Shown: one piece after another, positions 1-12,800 of the stretch | Layout: every line of letters starts with the position of its first letter | Numbering within the stretch: position 1 is the stretch's first letter | Assembly (NCBI GenBank): GCA_002633005.1 | Contig: NMRA01000725.1 | Coordinates: 103,025-167,024 of the forward strand | Reading direction: 5' to 3' | Source of the DNA: Phoronis australis | Taxonomy: Eukaryota > Animalia > Phoronida | Length of the DNA: 64,000 bases | The notes under the pieces: generated by a model | What the model saw: only the letters and a program-made list of their open reading frames with translations | Told to the model about the DNA's origin: nothing | Databases searched by the model: none | Made by a program: the position numbers and the translations under genes

Positions 1-3000
1 TGGTCTCTGATGATTGTCAGTTCGTGTGCGACCTTCTTCTCACGTTTAGGATCCCAACAATAGACAATGTTGTGCTGAATGAACTCTGAACAAAGGATAA
101 TTTTGTGCTCAAAGATTGCAGTGCGATATGGTGTGACCATTTTCAAAACTGTGTCTTGCTTGAACTGGCCTCCTTTATCTTGATTGTTCACATCTAATGT
201 GAAACGGACTCTGTTCATGCGATACCCCTTTCCCTCACTATAGATTGCCTCTGCAGCAACGTTGCCATCATCAAGTTTTCTCCAGAATTCAACTTTTCTT
301 GTCAGAGGCTTAGTCATCTCAATAAAGACACTATCTTCATTCCCAATACTTTCAGAATTTACAGTGATATCAAGGAATTCACCTCCATCACCGCCCCATC
401 TGATTCTCGTGTTCGCTGAGCCATTCCACACACGGGTTTGGTCCACTTCCCAAAACATGTTCCAATCAGGATTGACTGTGTTGCTGGCAATAACGTAGAA
501 CTTGGTATCGTTGCGTTTGTAGAGCTCGACTCTTTTCTGAAAGGTAGTTTGGATGCTCAGAGTCTTTCCATGGGCCCAAGTGAAATCTAACGAAGATTGG
601 CACTCTTCACCCTTTCGATGATTCTTGAGGATTACCTGCAGGTTTTCGAACTTGTCGAACGGGATCTTCACTGTGAAATTTCCTTCCGATTCAACTCTCG
701 ATGCACTGTTCTTCACAGCAGCTGATACACTAATGGTCTTCCCACGTGCATAAGAAACTTCTCCAGTTGTCTCAAATGCACAGAGATCACCATCGTGGTT
801 AACCTCAGCGCTCAACTGTTCGAAATGCTTGAATGGGCTTGAGAAGTGGATGTTGGCCAGTAGGCGTGTCTTGGCCAGCCTGAATGTAGTTGAGGCACTA
901 ACGGTGTCCCGTGGAGAGTATTTGACTACAGCCCTGGTGGAGATTGATCTCCACGAATGTCCTTTGTGGACAACGTTGACTGAAATGTCCTTAAAATTTT
1001 TGAATGGCGTACTCACATTCAAAGATGCTATAATGTCTTTCTTTAAGTCAAAAGAAAAACCACACTCTAATTTACCATTCGGAGCATAGATCACTTCGGC
1101 ATGGGAACTGAAATTCTTCGGTTCGCCGCTGAGACTGAAAGATGCATCGATGCTTTGAAGGTTTTTAAATGGACTCTTGAAGTGCAGCTTGGCTACAAAC
1201 TTTCCATTGAAGTTGACATCAGATCTGAAATGAAACCTCTTACCAGAAGTGTACTTGAAGGTTGCTCTTGTTTTGTAAACCCCGTCTTCATAATTTGTTG
1301 TAAGTAGGAATTTCTCGGATGGTGTCACGAGGCTCAGATGACCACTGAAACCATTGCTTATATTCAGACAGCCGTCGAGTGCAGCAATACTTCGTAGGTG
1401 GCGGCCAAAATTTGCGTTGATAGTCATTGATTGAGACTGAATATTGACTTTCGAGCTAATGTATTTGGCAAATGGAGTCTTCAGCATGAAATTGCCTGTT
1501 ATGTTTTTGTTATTGTTGTCCTTTAAGTCTGCGGTCAAGACAATTGTCTTTCTATCAGAGAGCTGCACAGTGGAGTTAAGTTTGAAGTCGCGTTCACCGT
1601 TCTGATGATACAAGGAGAAGGCAACATCTTCAACTGGCTGAAATGGGGTCTTCAGAGCTACGTTGGCAGTGATGGTACGTCGGTCACCTACAATGTGCTG
1701 TCCGTTAACAGTCAGGGTAATGTTTTCCATGTGGGGGGACTGTACGCTGAACTCAGAGTCAACCATGGAGTCGGTAGAACGATGTCTCCATTTGCAGTAA
1801 AAGTCAAGGGGGGCAAACCTGAAGAAGATCGGTAAAGGGACGGCGATGTCGAGCTTGCCGGTGTTGCTGATACGCCATTTGCGAGCATGGTGTGTCATGT
1901 CAAACTTGAAGCCGGCTCGTTTACGTCCTTCTCTCCTATATGCCATGCCGGTTTCAAACTGCCGGAGATCGTCCTTATGAGCAGCCGTCAGTGACACTTC
2001 ATAAAATCCTTTGAAAGGTGTCTTGATTGTAATGGAACCGTCAAGATCTCTTGTGGACTTTCCTCGGTTCTGAAAGTTAATTGTAACGTTGACTTGGTCC
2101 CACTTGACCACAATTTCAGTGTTCAACATAGCTAAAGCACGATCGCTGTGTTTTAATGAAACGCAAATGTCTTTTAATTCCTCCCACGGTGTCTCAAGGG
2201 TCACCTTGCCTCGAATATCGTGTCCATCCTGACTTCTGCCCTCACCGGTAAAGGAAACGGTGATGACTTCTTTTGGTTCCAGAGTTATTTCCAAGCTTGA
2301 GTTTATCTGTCGAGAATCGTGTATGTGTGTGAACTTCGCCGTGACATCTTTCACGTGCTTGTGTGGAGTTTTCAGGTTCACCTGGCCTTCGAAGCATGGA
2401 CGACGTGGTGAGCTCTTGTCGGTACCGAAAACGGTGATTTTGTAGTCGACAGCGTCAACCTTGACCTGGGTATGTGCCTTAATAGATTTGGCTTCGATTT
2501 TGTGGTCCCATACAAATTTGAGAGTGTTCGCGTCATTGAATGGGGTGTTGACTATCAGGTGACATTGGAAGTTTGATTTTGAAGAATATTGCACATCCAG
2601 GTTACCACCGACTTTCTTGTCCTTGACCCAGGCGAAAGAACCACCAACTGAATAGTTTGTGGCCCTTATTCCGTACTTAAATTTCAGAGAGATGTCTTCA
2701 AGATTTTCGATGGTACTTGCCAGGCTTAGCTCACTGTTGACAAAAGGACCAGAAGAGTATTGCCTTATTTTGAATTCCCCAGTAACAGAGATCTTTTCGC
2801 GATTCCACTGAGCGGACACGGTGGACTTTTCACCCGAGTTAAAATCGAGGTCAAAATGGCCAACATGAATTGGGTGAATGAGTCGAAGATTAACGAGGTG
2901 CTTATAAGACGACCTGTTACTGTTATTCTTGTAGCTACCAGTGAGGGTTACATTCTTTCTCTCATCTCGTCCAGCATCCCAATTCACGGACATCTGGCCG

Positions 3001-3214
3001 TGAACAGCTAAGGGGAAATCGCTACTAAGCTTGTAGTAGCTTTTAATTTGCCTTGTTGGAAAGACCAAGTCAAGTATGCCAGACATTTCTTCACTGTTCA
3101 TGTTCATCTTCGCTTCAGCCGAGTACACATTTCCCAGCAAGTTGGTGGAAAGGAGTACTTCCTTGCTTCTATTTTTGTTAACAAGACGAGCCTCAATAGA
3201 ATACTCATCTCCTT
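1..3214 (-). CDS. Second copy of the apolipophorin giant exon (partial; open at window edge, truncated by N at 3215)
   Basis: Aligns to 10506-13716 with one 3-bp indel. Translates in the same frame (e.g. QHNIVYCWDPKREKKVAHELTIIR). The ORF track lists no stop-terminated minus ORF here, consistent with a frame open to the window edge. Confidence 0.75.
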
Positions 3215-3215
3215 N
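3215..3215. other. Single N, likely contig/scaffold join
   Basis: 'ccttngcc'. Similarity to the upstream exon copy stops exactly at the N. Confidence 0.85.
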
Positions 3216-4979
3216 GCCAATTATCTCCCAGGCTTCAAAGGGTTACTGAAACCTGGCAGAATGGATTGTCTTAACTTCTGTTGAAGTTGTGCGATTTTGG
3301 TGATTCAAGACTAAACAGGATCAGCATTTGACAAGGAATTCAGAAATGCTATTGGTTTATGTTCAAATATACTATAACTTAACTTTCATTTTTAGCAGCA
3401 TAACCCAGTCAGGCTAGATACTATCTGATCGGAGATTAGAGCAATTATCGAGCAAAAGAGAGCCGACCCTCCAACCATAAATGCCAGAATGGAGCGAATC
3501 AGTATTGTAAGATATTGGCTACAGGGGTGATCTTCCCAACTTGTTGTTGGGATATAGAATCGAACTAGTTGGGAGCAACGAGAAAACGCCGTAGTATCGA
3601 AATCCAGTGAAGATAGCATCTCATACTCCAAAACAAGCTTAAAAAGTTCATATTGGATTAATACGTCGAATCCAGTTTAGAAGATTCATAGTTCATGTTA
3701 CGTAAATAGATTCGATTAGACGGTGATATAGCACTGCGTATTCCAAAAGAAGCTTTAAAAATTCCTGCTTAGCGATACCGAAGCTAGTTTACAGTGAAAC
3801 AACACGAGTAGGTGAGATAAAAGGTCATAGATATTATAACAAACTAAACTACAAATCCAGTCATTCTGGGACTCAAGAGGGCCCAACCTAGAAAAAATTG
3901 CAACAGAAGATTTTTTTGCATGAATGGAATCTTCAAACATCCCTTGGTGCCAGAAAAAAGTTTACCGAAATCGGAGTGGAGGAAGTCGGTTTTTCAAGAC
4001 GGCGGAAAAATGGCCGCCTAAGCCGGTATTTACTACTTTCTGGCATGTTACTCATATGTAAAAGCTGGAAATAAAACAATAAAGTTCGTCACTGATTTTA
4101 TACTGTTCGTAATAGGCATACTAATAAAAAATGCCAATTTTCCGTGAAAGAAAACCACTATGGCAGATAAAATGGCGGCCGAAACGGCAATTTGGTACAT
4201 GCTGTAAGATTTCTTTTTATATTTTGCCCTGAAAATGGCCAAATTTTTATTCTTTTGTAAGTTAGACAGTTGAAAATATCTGGACCTTACAATTTGTCAT
4301 TGGTTGGAGAGAAAAAAATCAAGATGGCTGACAAAATGGCCACCAAAATGGCCACAATTAACGTTCCGCAAACTTCGTTTGTAACCTGATAGGCATTTAC
4401 ACAAAAACATTTTACAATCTACAGTCAGGGTTAATGACTCGATTGTTTCTATAATTTATTGTTCAGATTTAGATACTAAGTGTGGAATTTTAATCACATT
4501 TTAGATTACATAACATAAAGTTTGGTGCGTTTTTCAGAAAAGGCTTTGGTTAAATTTTCGTAATAAATTTCACACACTCAATTATTTTTCTGTAAAATAT
4601 ATTCATCAGGTATCAAAAATAATATTTCTTAGAAAACTACGAAATTCTGGTGCTGGCATGTGTTGAGAATTTGGCTGTTGATTTCGTCTGAATTTGATAA
4701 AAAGCAAATAAAATTGTGTAACAAAAAGTTGATAATTGAAGTTTAATATTTAGTACTCACAATTTGTTTAATGTGCATGCTTTTTTTGAACAAAAGTAAC
4801 TGATTTTAGAGGAAATTAGTGCCATCAAACAAAAGGCCAGTGGTCTGCAGTCACTTGTTCTTATCCAGGCTTGGCAGATTTCATACTGAGATGAGCTGTC
4901 TGGGATGTATTGGGTACGTAATGTCAGGCACAGGGCTTCAAGAAGTTCTTGAGATGGTGCATGCATCAAACAGTGTGAT

Positions 4980-7545
4980 CCTTATGTGCCACTTCCAAAT
5001 ATTGACAGATCAAGTAACGTCAATCCAGAACCAATAAAGAAATTCCGGTTCTTCAGAAATCCCAAGAGTCCCGAATGTCACCAACGCAGAACACACAGAT
5101 TCCGTGCCAAGAGGTGGAGCAATTCAATGCTTGTACACCAATGTTGGCTCGTTAGAATATGGAGACAGACGTCCCAACTGATCACATAACTAGATTTATA
5201 CGCTGGGGCATGCAATGCACAGCCAGTGTCTTCCGATTCTGAACCTTGAATTACAGTGGAATACCCTCATGAGAGTTCACTTCTGGCTTCCGGCCTACTG
5301 CCACTGGTTTTCTAAAAAACGACTGAATCAGAGTACAGGTCTTCAGAATTCGCAGTGCCAGAGAATAGTTCGTCAGAAGAATCAATGGCCAATGATATTC
5401 TTCATGATGATTTGAGAGGTGGTCTGAAGCTGTATGGTGAACTTATTGATGGCATGACGACTGTGTGCGGCGATGTATGCTCGTCTTGTAGGTATCCATA
5501 AAAATCGAAGCACATAAATTAGACTTGTCCTTGCAAAGTCGAATCATTAGTCTTTGGCTACAGTATATGAAGATGATTGACATCCTTCGACATTTTTAAA
5601 AGCAGAAATAACGTCAGATTGGGGGCTTCACTTAAAAGCAGTTTCTGAAATGCTGCCTTACTTTGCAGCTGCTGGTCACATCCCTTATGCAAAATCTGCA
5701 TACGTATACTTGCAGCACACGCAGCAACTCAAAGACACCCGTCCAGATATCATAAGACAAAGTGACAGATTTGGGGCAGGCTTGTCATATGATCTTGAAC
5801 AAACGCTCATGAAATGCATTGAAGCACCAGGAGGTTTAATTAGAGGTTGCAAAATGGGAGATACGCAGAGTGCACCGTGGCTGCTTTCCTTGCAGGCATG
5901 CTCAAGTATAAATTGTGCCATGTAGACTGTGACAAACTTGAGTTGTGAAACATGTCAGCAACATAAAGAATGTACCCAGGCAAGACAGTCACGCGACGAC
6001 AAAGACATCCGCAGCCTTGTTGAATTCCTCCACAACAGAGACCCATTTTAAAGAGAAACATTACAAAACATCGCCATTGGTGTGACTGCAGGTACGCGCG
6101 TCAATGCCGAAAATGGCAGAGAAGTGGGGATGACAATTCGCTTGTCCATGGAGGGGTCAAGTGTGAAAGACTTCACATTCAGAAAGAAAGACAAGGTTGT
6201 GGCAATGACAAGTCAATCACTTCATGTTGCTAATAGTGATTTTACACAAGTGGATCAACGACTGCTACTGCAGCGAATCCTGACAGCTGCAAAAACAATA
6301 GTGAAAGTTCCTGAAGACTTTTGAAGTTTGACTGTTGCTGGTTCCACTGCTCTTTTTGATACAACGGGTCTTCCCAGAGTCTCTAATAAATAAATATTAG
6401 TTGATGCAATCTGGTCCAGCGGAGGACTACCTTAGGATTTCAGTTTCCACAAAACACGGTGATGCACGTAATCGACGGCGGTTCTCTCCTTCACTGTATT
6501 CCATGGCCTAGAGATGCAACGTTTCAGTCGATTGCACCCAGACTACTGTTGTTTTTTATGGTTATGGAGGTGGCCCATCAACTAAAGATGTCTTCCATGT
6601 TTGAGGACTGGGTGGGGTGGTTGGAACTGAAGTTCACTTCAATGGTGACATGGTGATCAAGTCAAGGAAGGAACATTTTTGGCAAAGAGCAAAAACAAAC
6701 AATGATTCATTCACTTCTTGTCAAGTTTGCTAGGAAATACTGATTGCACAGTGGTACCAAGTCAAGGTGACGCAGATGTTTTAATTGTAGAAACAGCAGT
6801 AGAGAACGCAGCATAACGTCCAACTACCCTTATTGTAGACGATACAGACTTGTTGGTTCTTTTGTGTTACCATGCTACTTCACAACAATTTCCAATGTTC
6901 AAGAAATTTGACAAGAGCCACCAAAGCAAGAGGAGAGTGTGGGACATCAAGAAACAACAGTTGTCTCTTGGAGCCGAAACTTGCGCAGTTTTGCCATTTG
7001 TACATGCAATAGGTGGCTGCAATACAACAATACGGCTGTTCGGTATTAGCTCTCCCATTCAAGAAACTGCATGATTGAGAATTTTGCGAATACGCCAGAG
7101 TATTCACTAGACCCATGCAGCTGAAGCAACACATATTTGAAGCTGGTAAGAGTTGTGTCTATGCTTTATGGCGGTAGTGGCTCTAAAAATTGGATGACTT
7201 GCGGTGCAGGCGATTTGTAGATGAGGTGCCAGACTAGCCCCAGTCCAAATACAATCATTACCACCAACTTTTTTCAGTAGCTAAAGTCCATCAATTAAGA
7301 ACACGAGTGGTAAAGTTTCCGTGGCAGTGGCCTGGACTCACTGTAGTGGGGACAGATGCTGGCAGGTGGAATATTCATTCCCACGACGACAGACTAGTCA
7401 GCAGCACCAGAGAACCTGCTGAAAGTAGTAAGATGCTCGTGTAATACCAACTGTAGTTCCAAGAGATGTTCTTGCAAGAAATTAGGATTGCCGTGCTCTG
7501 TTACATGTAGAGAATGCCGTGGCTTAAGCTGCTACAATTCATTCC
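4980..7545 (+). pseudogene. Fragmented Academ transposase / XPG-like nuclease / Cys-cluster ORF
   Basis: Frameshifted motifs in order: LWLQYM, DWGLHL...MLPYFAAAGHIPYAKSAYVYLQ, GGLIRG, VIDGGSLLH, GDADVLIV, DDTDLLVLL, FVHAIGGCNT (H3TH-like GCD motif), CSCNTNCSSKRCSCKKLGLPCSVTCRECRGLSCYN. Many stops and frameshifts. Confidence 0.8.
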
Positions 7546-8049
7546 CAGTTGACAGAGATTAGTTGTGTAAATACTGGTTGATTGTGTATAGATTTTGACC
7601 ACAGACTGAGAATGACTGCTTCAGACAGACTTGTAACATCACTAAGAGAAGCCTAGTGGGAGCTGTACAAGCACTTATATTATAAACTGTTTAACTTTCT
7701 AAACACACAATTGTAAACCTTTCTCCTGTCTCAACTGTTGCTGTATTCACTAGCATCTACAACTAACTGGAGATGACACAGACGGTGTGCATAGTAGATC
7801 ACAATCGCAGAAAGTTATTTTCGATACAGCACCTTTTTCAGGAGGAGAATGAACCTTAAGTCCAGGCGAACCTGATGTTCTTCACCCAAATAAGTTATCG
7901 TTAAACAACCTTGAAAATGGTAGTCGTAATCATCACAGTCAGACAAAAATTATTGTAATGGTCGTGCAGACCTAAGAAACGCAGGATATGAAATGTGTGA
8001 AGATGGCGTGTCTCTGGAATCTGAAGTTCTTACATGAAGCAACTATGTG

Positions 8050-8700
8050 GTAGCTATCTTAGAAAATGGTGGAAGTAATCCTTAGAGCCAAATGCAATTA
8101 GTCTCAATGGATTAGTCGACCAAGAAAACTTATGAAGCGATGTTTGAAGCAAGGCGACGTACTAATCTGTTCACGCGAAGTTGTGCGACTCGAAATAGTT
8201 TTGGAGGCCATCTTGGAAAACGGCTGATGGTGTCACCACAGCCATGCAAAACTATTTCCAATAAATTTTTTGACCCACAAAAGATAGGTAAACCTTTTTG
8301 AATTTTTACTCTATCACATTCCACTCTCGAGTTATAATGGTCATCTGCAAATCTGGGGGCCATTTTGTCCGCCATCTTGCAAATGGTGGAAATAATAATT
8401 AGAGCCAAATGCAATGAGTCCCAATGGATAAGTTGACCCAGAAAACCTATGATGCAGTGTTTGAAGCAAGACGACACACTAATCTGTTCGCGCAAAGTTG
8501 TACGACTCGAAGTAGTTTTGGCGGACATCTTGGAAAATGGTGGACGGTGTCACAACAACCATGCAAAACTATTTCCAATGGATTTGTTGACCCATGAAAG
8601 ATGGGTAAACCTTTTTGAATTTTTACTCTATCACATGACACTCTTGAGTTATAATGGTCATCTGCAATGCGGCTGGCGGCCATTTCGTCCGCCATCTTGA
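8050..8700. repeat. ~320-bp tandem subterminal repeat inside the Academ right arm
   Basis: 8130-8446 resembles 8447-8700 (the two antisense ORFs share ADDHYNSRV.CDRVKIQKGLPIF). Recurring ccatcttg/aaaatgg motifs. Confidence 0.7.
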
Positions 8701-9635
8701 AAAACCAACTTCTGCCACTCCGATTCCGGTAGACTTTTTTCTCACACTAAGGGGTGTGAGAGAATACGATTTATGCAATAAAACCTTCAGTTGCATTTTT
8801 TCCGCGTCATCCGTAGAAGGACTGGACTATACTACAGATATCGATAAATACAAAAGTTACCTAATATGTTGAGCTGTAAGGGTGGGTGACAATCTGCTGT
8901 ACAAACAACATTATTGGAGGTACAAGGAAGCAATAAAGTTATACAGAAGTGTTGAACCAGAAAGAAAAGTAACAATATGCGGAAGCAACAAAGCAACACC
9001 AGGACAGCGACATGGGAAAATTAAGTGTAAACAGGGAAGGAAAAATGGTTTGAGAGAGGAAGGGAAATAGAAATTGACTGAAAACTCGAAACTAGAAGAG
9101 AATTATGGACGATGGCCAGTGTTGCGCCAAGACAAAGAGATCACGTGGTACAATTAAACCAATAATCGTTGAACAGAGAGGGTCACTGACACGAGAATCC
9201 AAACAATATGATAATGAGGACGAAGCAGTAGAGCTTACATAAAATAATTTAATACTGAAATAGTATTTATATGCGCTAACTGCAAAGCGATACCGAAGCT
9301 AGTTTACAGTGAAACAACACGAGTAGGTGAGATAAAAGGTCATATATATTATAACAAGCTAAACTACTACAGATATCGATAAATACAAAAGTTATATAAT
9401 ATGCTGAGCTGTAAAGGTGGGTCAAATCTGCCACAGACGCAGCAGAACGATGCAAGGGAGAGCGAGCGAGGCTGACAAAAGTAGCATGATTAAAAGGGGC
9501 CAAAAGTTAGTGACGAAAATAAGAAAAATACTGCCCATGCACTGTCTAATCCATTATCCGGTAACAACTAACAATTGCCAATCTATTTCAAGTTTTTAAA
9601 TCACGACCTGAAAGTTGAAAGAGACCAATACTCAC

Positions 9636-9813
9636 CAAGATCATAGTTAATCTTCAGGTCAACCAGTCTCTTTTGCAGGTCAATGTCAAAGGATGATGAG
9701 ACAGTCTTATGATTATAGGTGTTTCTCATCTCCATGTGTATGTTCTTGTACTTTTTGTTGGACAGATCTTTCATCTTAGCCCAGTTGTACCAATTTGCCC
9801 GAGGACTCAATAT
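9636..9813 (-). CDS. Apolipophorin exon 19
   Basis: tttcag|ILSPRANW...KINYDL|gtgagt; phase 0-1. Confidence 0.75.
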
Positions 9814-12800
9814 CTGAAATTTCAAAAACAATGGCTTGGTTTTTTCCAAGCTCATGAAAGGCAATTTTCGTGATTAAGGTCGTACACAAAATCTTCCAAT
9901 GAAAATGTCAAATTTCCAAAAGGCTGAACGAATTTTTACCAACCTGAAGTTCAACTTCATTGCGGAGCTTGTTGATCTTAGTGTTGAGGAGGAATGACTT
10001 TCTCAGGTGAGACCTAGACATGGAGTACCATATTCCAATGCCAGCAGTCCAGAATCTGTCAGAGTTACCAAGCTGTGTGGTGCCAGAAATGTCAAGAGAG
10101 GAGGCAGGATGCCTGATCTCTAGCAACATGGTATAGTTGGTGCCACTGAAACGAATGGCCTCTTTACGGATATTGGTGGAGACTGTGAATTTCTTTTGAT
10201 GGTCGCCGGAGTATTTAATCTCAGTGTTGGTCCTACAGATGGAGTTCGCTTCGCCAGTGTTCACCTCATTTTGGATAGTGATATCGTGCCTCAGTTTGGG
10301 ATGCCTGATACCTAGCTCTTGTTTTATGGTATTGCCAAAACGTTCGTGTTTGCCCTTAAGCTTGACTTTTTTGCTCTCATCTTTGTCAGCATTCCAGAAG
10401 AAGATTGAATCCATCTCGTATACGCGCCCTCTGACGGTGAACGAGGCGGTGTGCTTAAGCGATCGCCAAGGTGATATCAGCTTATTAGACATTTCCCAGT
10501 TATGCCGGCCTCTGATGATTGTCAGTTCGTGTGCAACCTGCTTTTCACGTTTAGGGTCCCAACAATAAACAGTGTTGTGCTGAATGAGCTCTGAAGAAAG
10601 GACAATTTTGTGCTCAAAGATTGCAGTGCGATATGGTGTGAGCATTTTCAAAACTGTGTCATGCGTGAACTGGCCTTCTTTATCTTGATTCTTAACATCT
10701 AATGTGAAACGGAATCTCTTCATGCGATATCCCTTTCCCTCACTATAGATTGCTTCTGCAGCAACGTTGCCAACATCAATCTTTCTCCAGAATTCAACTT
10801 TTCTTGTCAGAGGCTTAGTCATCTCAATGAAGCCACGATCTTCATTTCCAATACTTTCGGAGTTCACAGTGACATCATGGAATATACGTCCATCACCGCC
10901 CCATCTGATTCTGGTGTTGGCTGAGCCATTCCACACACGGGTTTGGTCCATTTTCCAAAACATATTCCAAGTAGGATTGACTGTGTTGTTGCCAAAAACG
11001 TAGAACTTGGTATCGTTGCGTTTGTAGAGCTCGACTCTTTTTTGAAAGGTAGTTTGGATGCTCACAGTCTTTCCATGGGCCCAAGTGAAATCAAACGAAG
11101 ATTGGTACTGTTCACCCTTTCGATGGTTCCTGAGGATTACCTGCAGGTTTTCGAACTTGTCAAACGGGGTTTTTAGTGTGAAATTTCCTTCCGATTCAAC
11201 TCTCGATTCACTGTTCTTCACAGCAGCTGATACACTAATGGTCTTCCCATGTGCATAAGAAACTTCCCCAGTTGTCTCAAATGCAGAGAGACCGCCATTG
11301 TGGTTAACTTCAGCGCTCAACTGTTCGAAATACTTGAATGGGCTTGAGAACTTAATGTTGGCCAGTAGGCTTGTCTTGGCCAGCCTGAATGTAGTTGAGA
11401 CACTGATGGTGTTCCGTGGAGAGTACTTGACTACAGCCATGGTGGAGATTGATCTCCACGAAAATCCCTTGTGGACAACGTTGACTGAAATGTCTTCAAA
11501 GTTTTTGAATGGCGTACTCATATTCAAAGATGCTAAAATGTCTTTTTTTATGTCAAAAGAAACACCACACCCTAACTTACCATTCGGAGCATAGATCACT
11601 TCGGCATGGGAACTGAAATTCTTCGGTTCGCCGCTGTAACTGAAAGATACCTCGATACTTTCAAAGTTTTCAAATGGACTCTTGAAGCGCAGGTTCGCTA
11701 CAAACTTTCCATTGAAGTTGACATCAGATCTCAGGTAAAGCCGCCTACCAGAAGCGTACTTGAAAGTTGCTCTTGTACTGTAAATACCGTCTTCATGGTT
11801 TGCTGTCAGTAGGAATTTCTCGGATGGTGTCATGAGGCTCAGATGACCATTGAAACCATTGCTTATATTTAGAGAGCCGTCGAGTGCAGCAATACTTAGT
11901 AGGTGGGGGCCAAAATTTGCGTTGATAGTCATTGATTGAGACTGAATATTGACTTTCGAGCTAAAGTATTCGGCAAATGGAGTCTTCAGCATGAAATTGC
12001 TTGTTATGTTTTTGTTGTTTTCCTGTAAGTCTGCGGTCAAGACAATTGTCTTTCTATCAGAGAGCTGCACAGTGGAGTTAAGTTTGAAGTCGCGTTCACC
12101 GTTCTGATGATACAAGGAGAAGGCAACATCTTCAACTGGCTGAAATGGGGTCTTCAGAGCTACGTTGGCAGTGATGGTACGTCGGTCACCTACAATGTGC
12201 TGTCCGTTAACAGTCAGGGTAATGTTTTCCATGTGGGGGGACTGTACGCTGAACTCAGAGTCAACCATGGAGTCGGTAGAACGATGTCTCCATTTGCAGT
12301 AAAAGTCAAGGGGGGCAAACCTGAAGAAGATCGGTAAAGGGACGGCGATGTCGAGCTTGCCGGTGTTGCTGATACGCCATTTGCGAGCATGGTGTGTCAT
12401 GTCAAACTTGAAGCCGGCTCGTTTACGTCCTTCTCTCCTATATGCCATGCCGGTTTCAAACTGCCGGAGATCGTCCTTATGAGCAGCCGTCAGTGACACT
12501 TCATAAAATCCTTTGAAAGGTGTCTTGATTGTAATGGAACCGTCAAGATCTCTTGTGGACTTTCCTCGGTTCTGAAAGTTAATTGTAACGTTGACTTGGT
12601 CCCACTTGACCACAATTTCAGTGTTCAACATAGCTAAAGCACGATCGCTGTGTTTTAATGAAACGCAAATGTCTTTTAATTCCTTCCACGGTGTCTCAAG
12701 GGTCACCTTGCCTCGAATATCGTGTCCATCCTGACTTCTGCCCTCACCGGTAAAGGAAACGGTGATGACTTCTTTTGGTTCCAGAGTTATTTCCAAGCTT

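Larger units (their letters stand above)
3853..8829 (+). mobile_element. Decayed Academ (AcademX-type) DNA transposon
   Basis: Imperfect ~160-bp TIRs (left aaatccagtc...atcggagtgg...aaatggccgcc; right end ...gactggaCTA). 3-bp TSD TAC at 3850-3852 and 8830-8832. Internal coding remnants of transposase, XPG-like nuclease and a Cys cluster. Confidence 0.75.

Noticed and set aside
8130-8872. ORFs in the Academ right arm
   Set aside because: They arise from subterminal repeats and have no recognisable domain.
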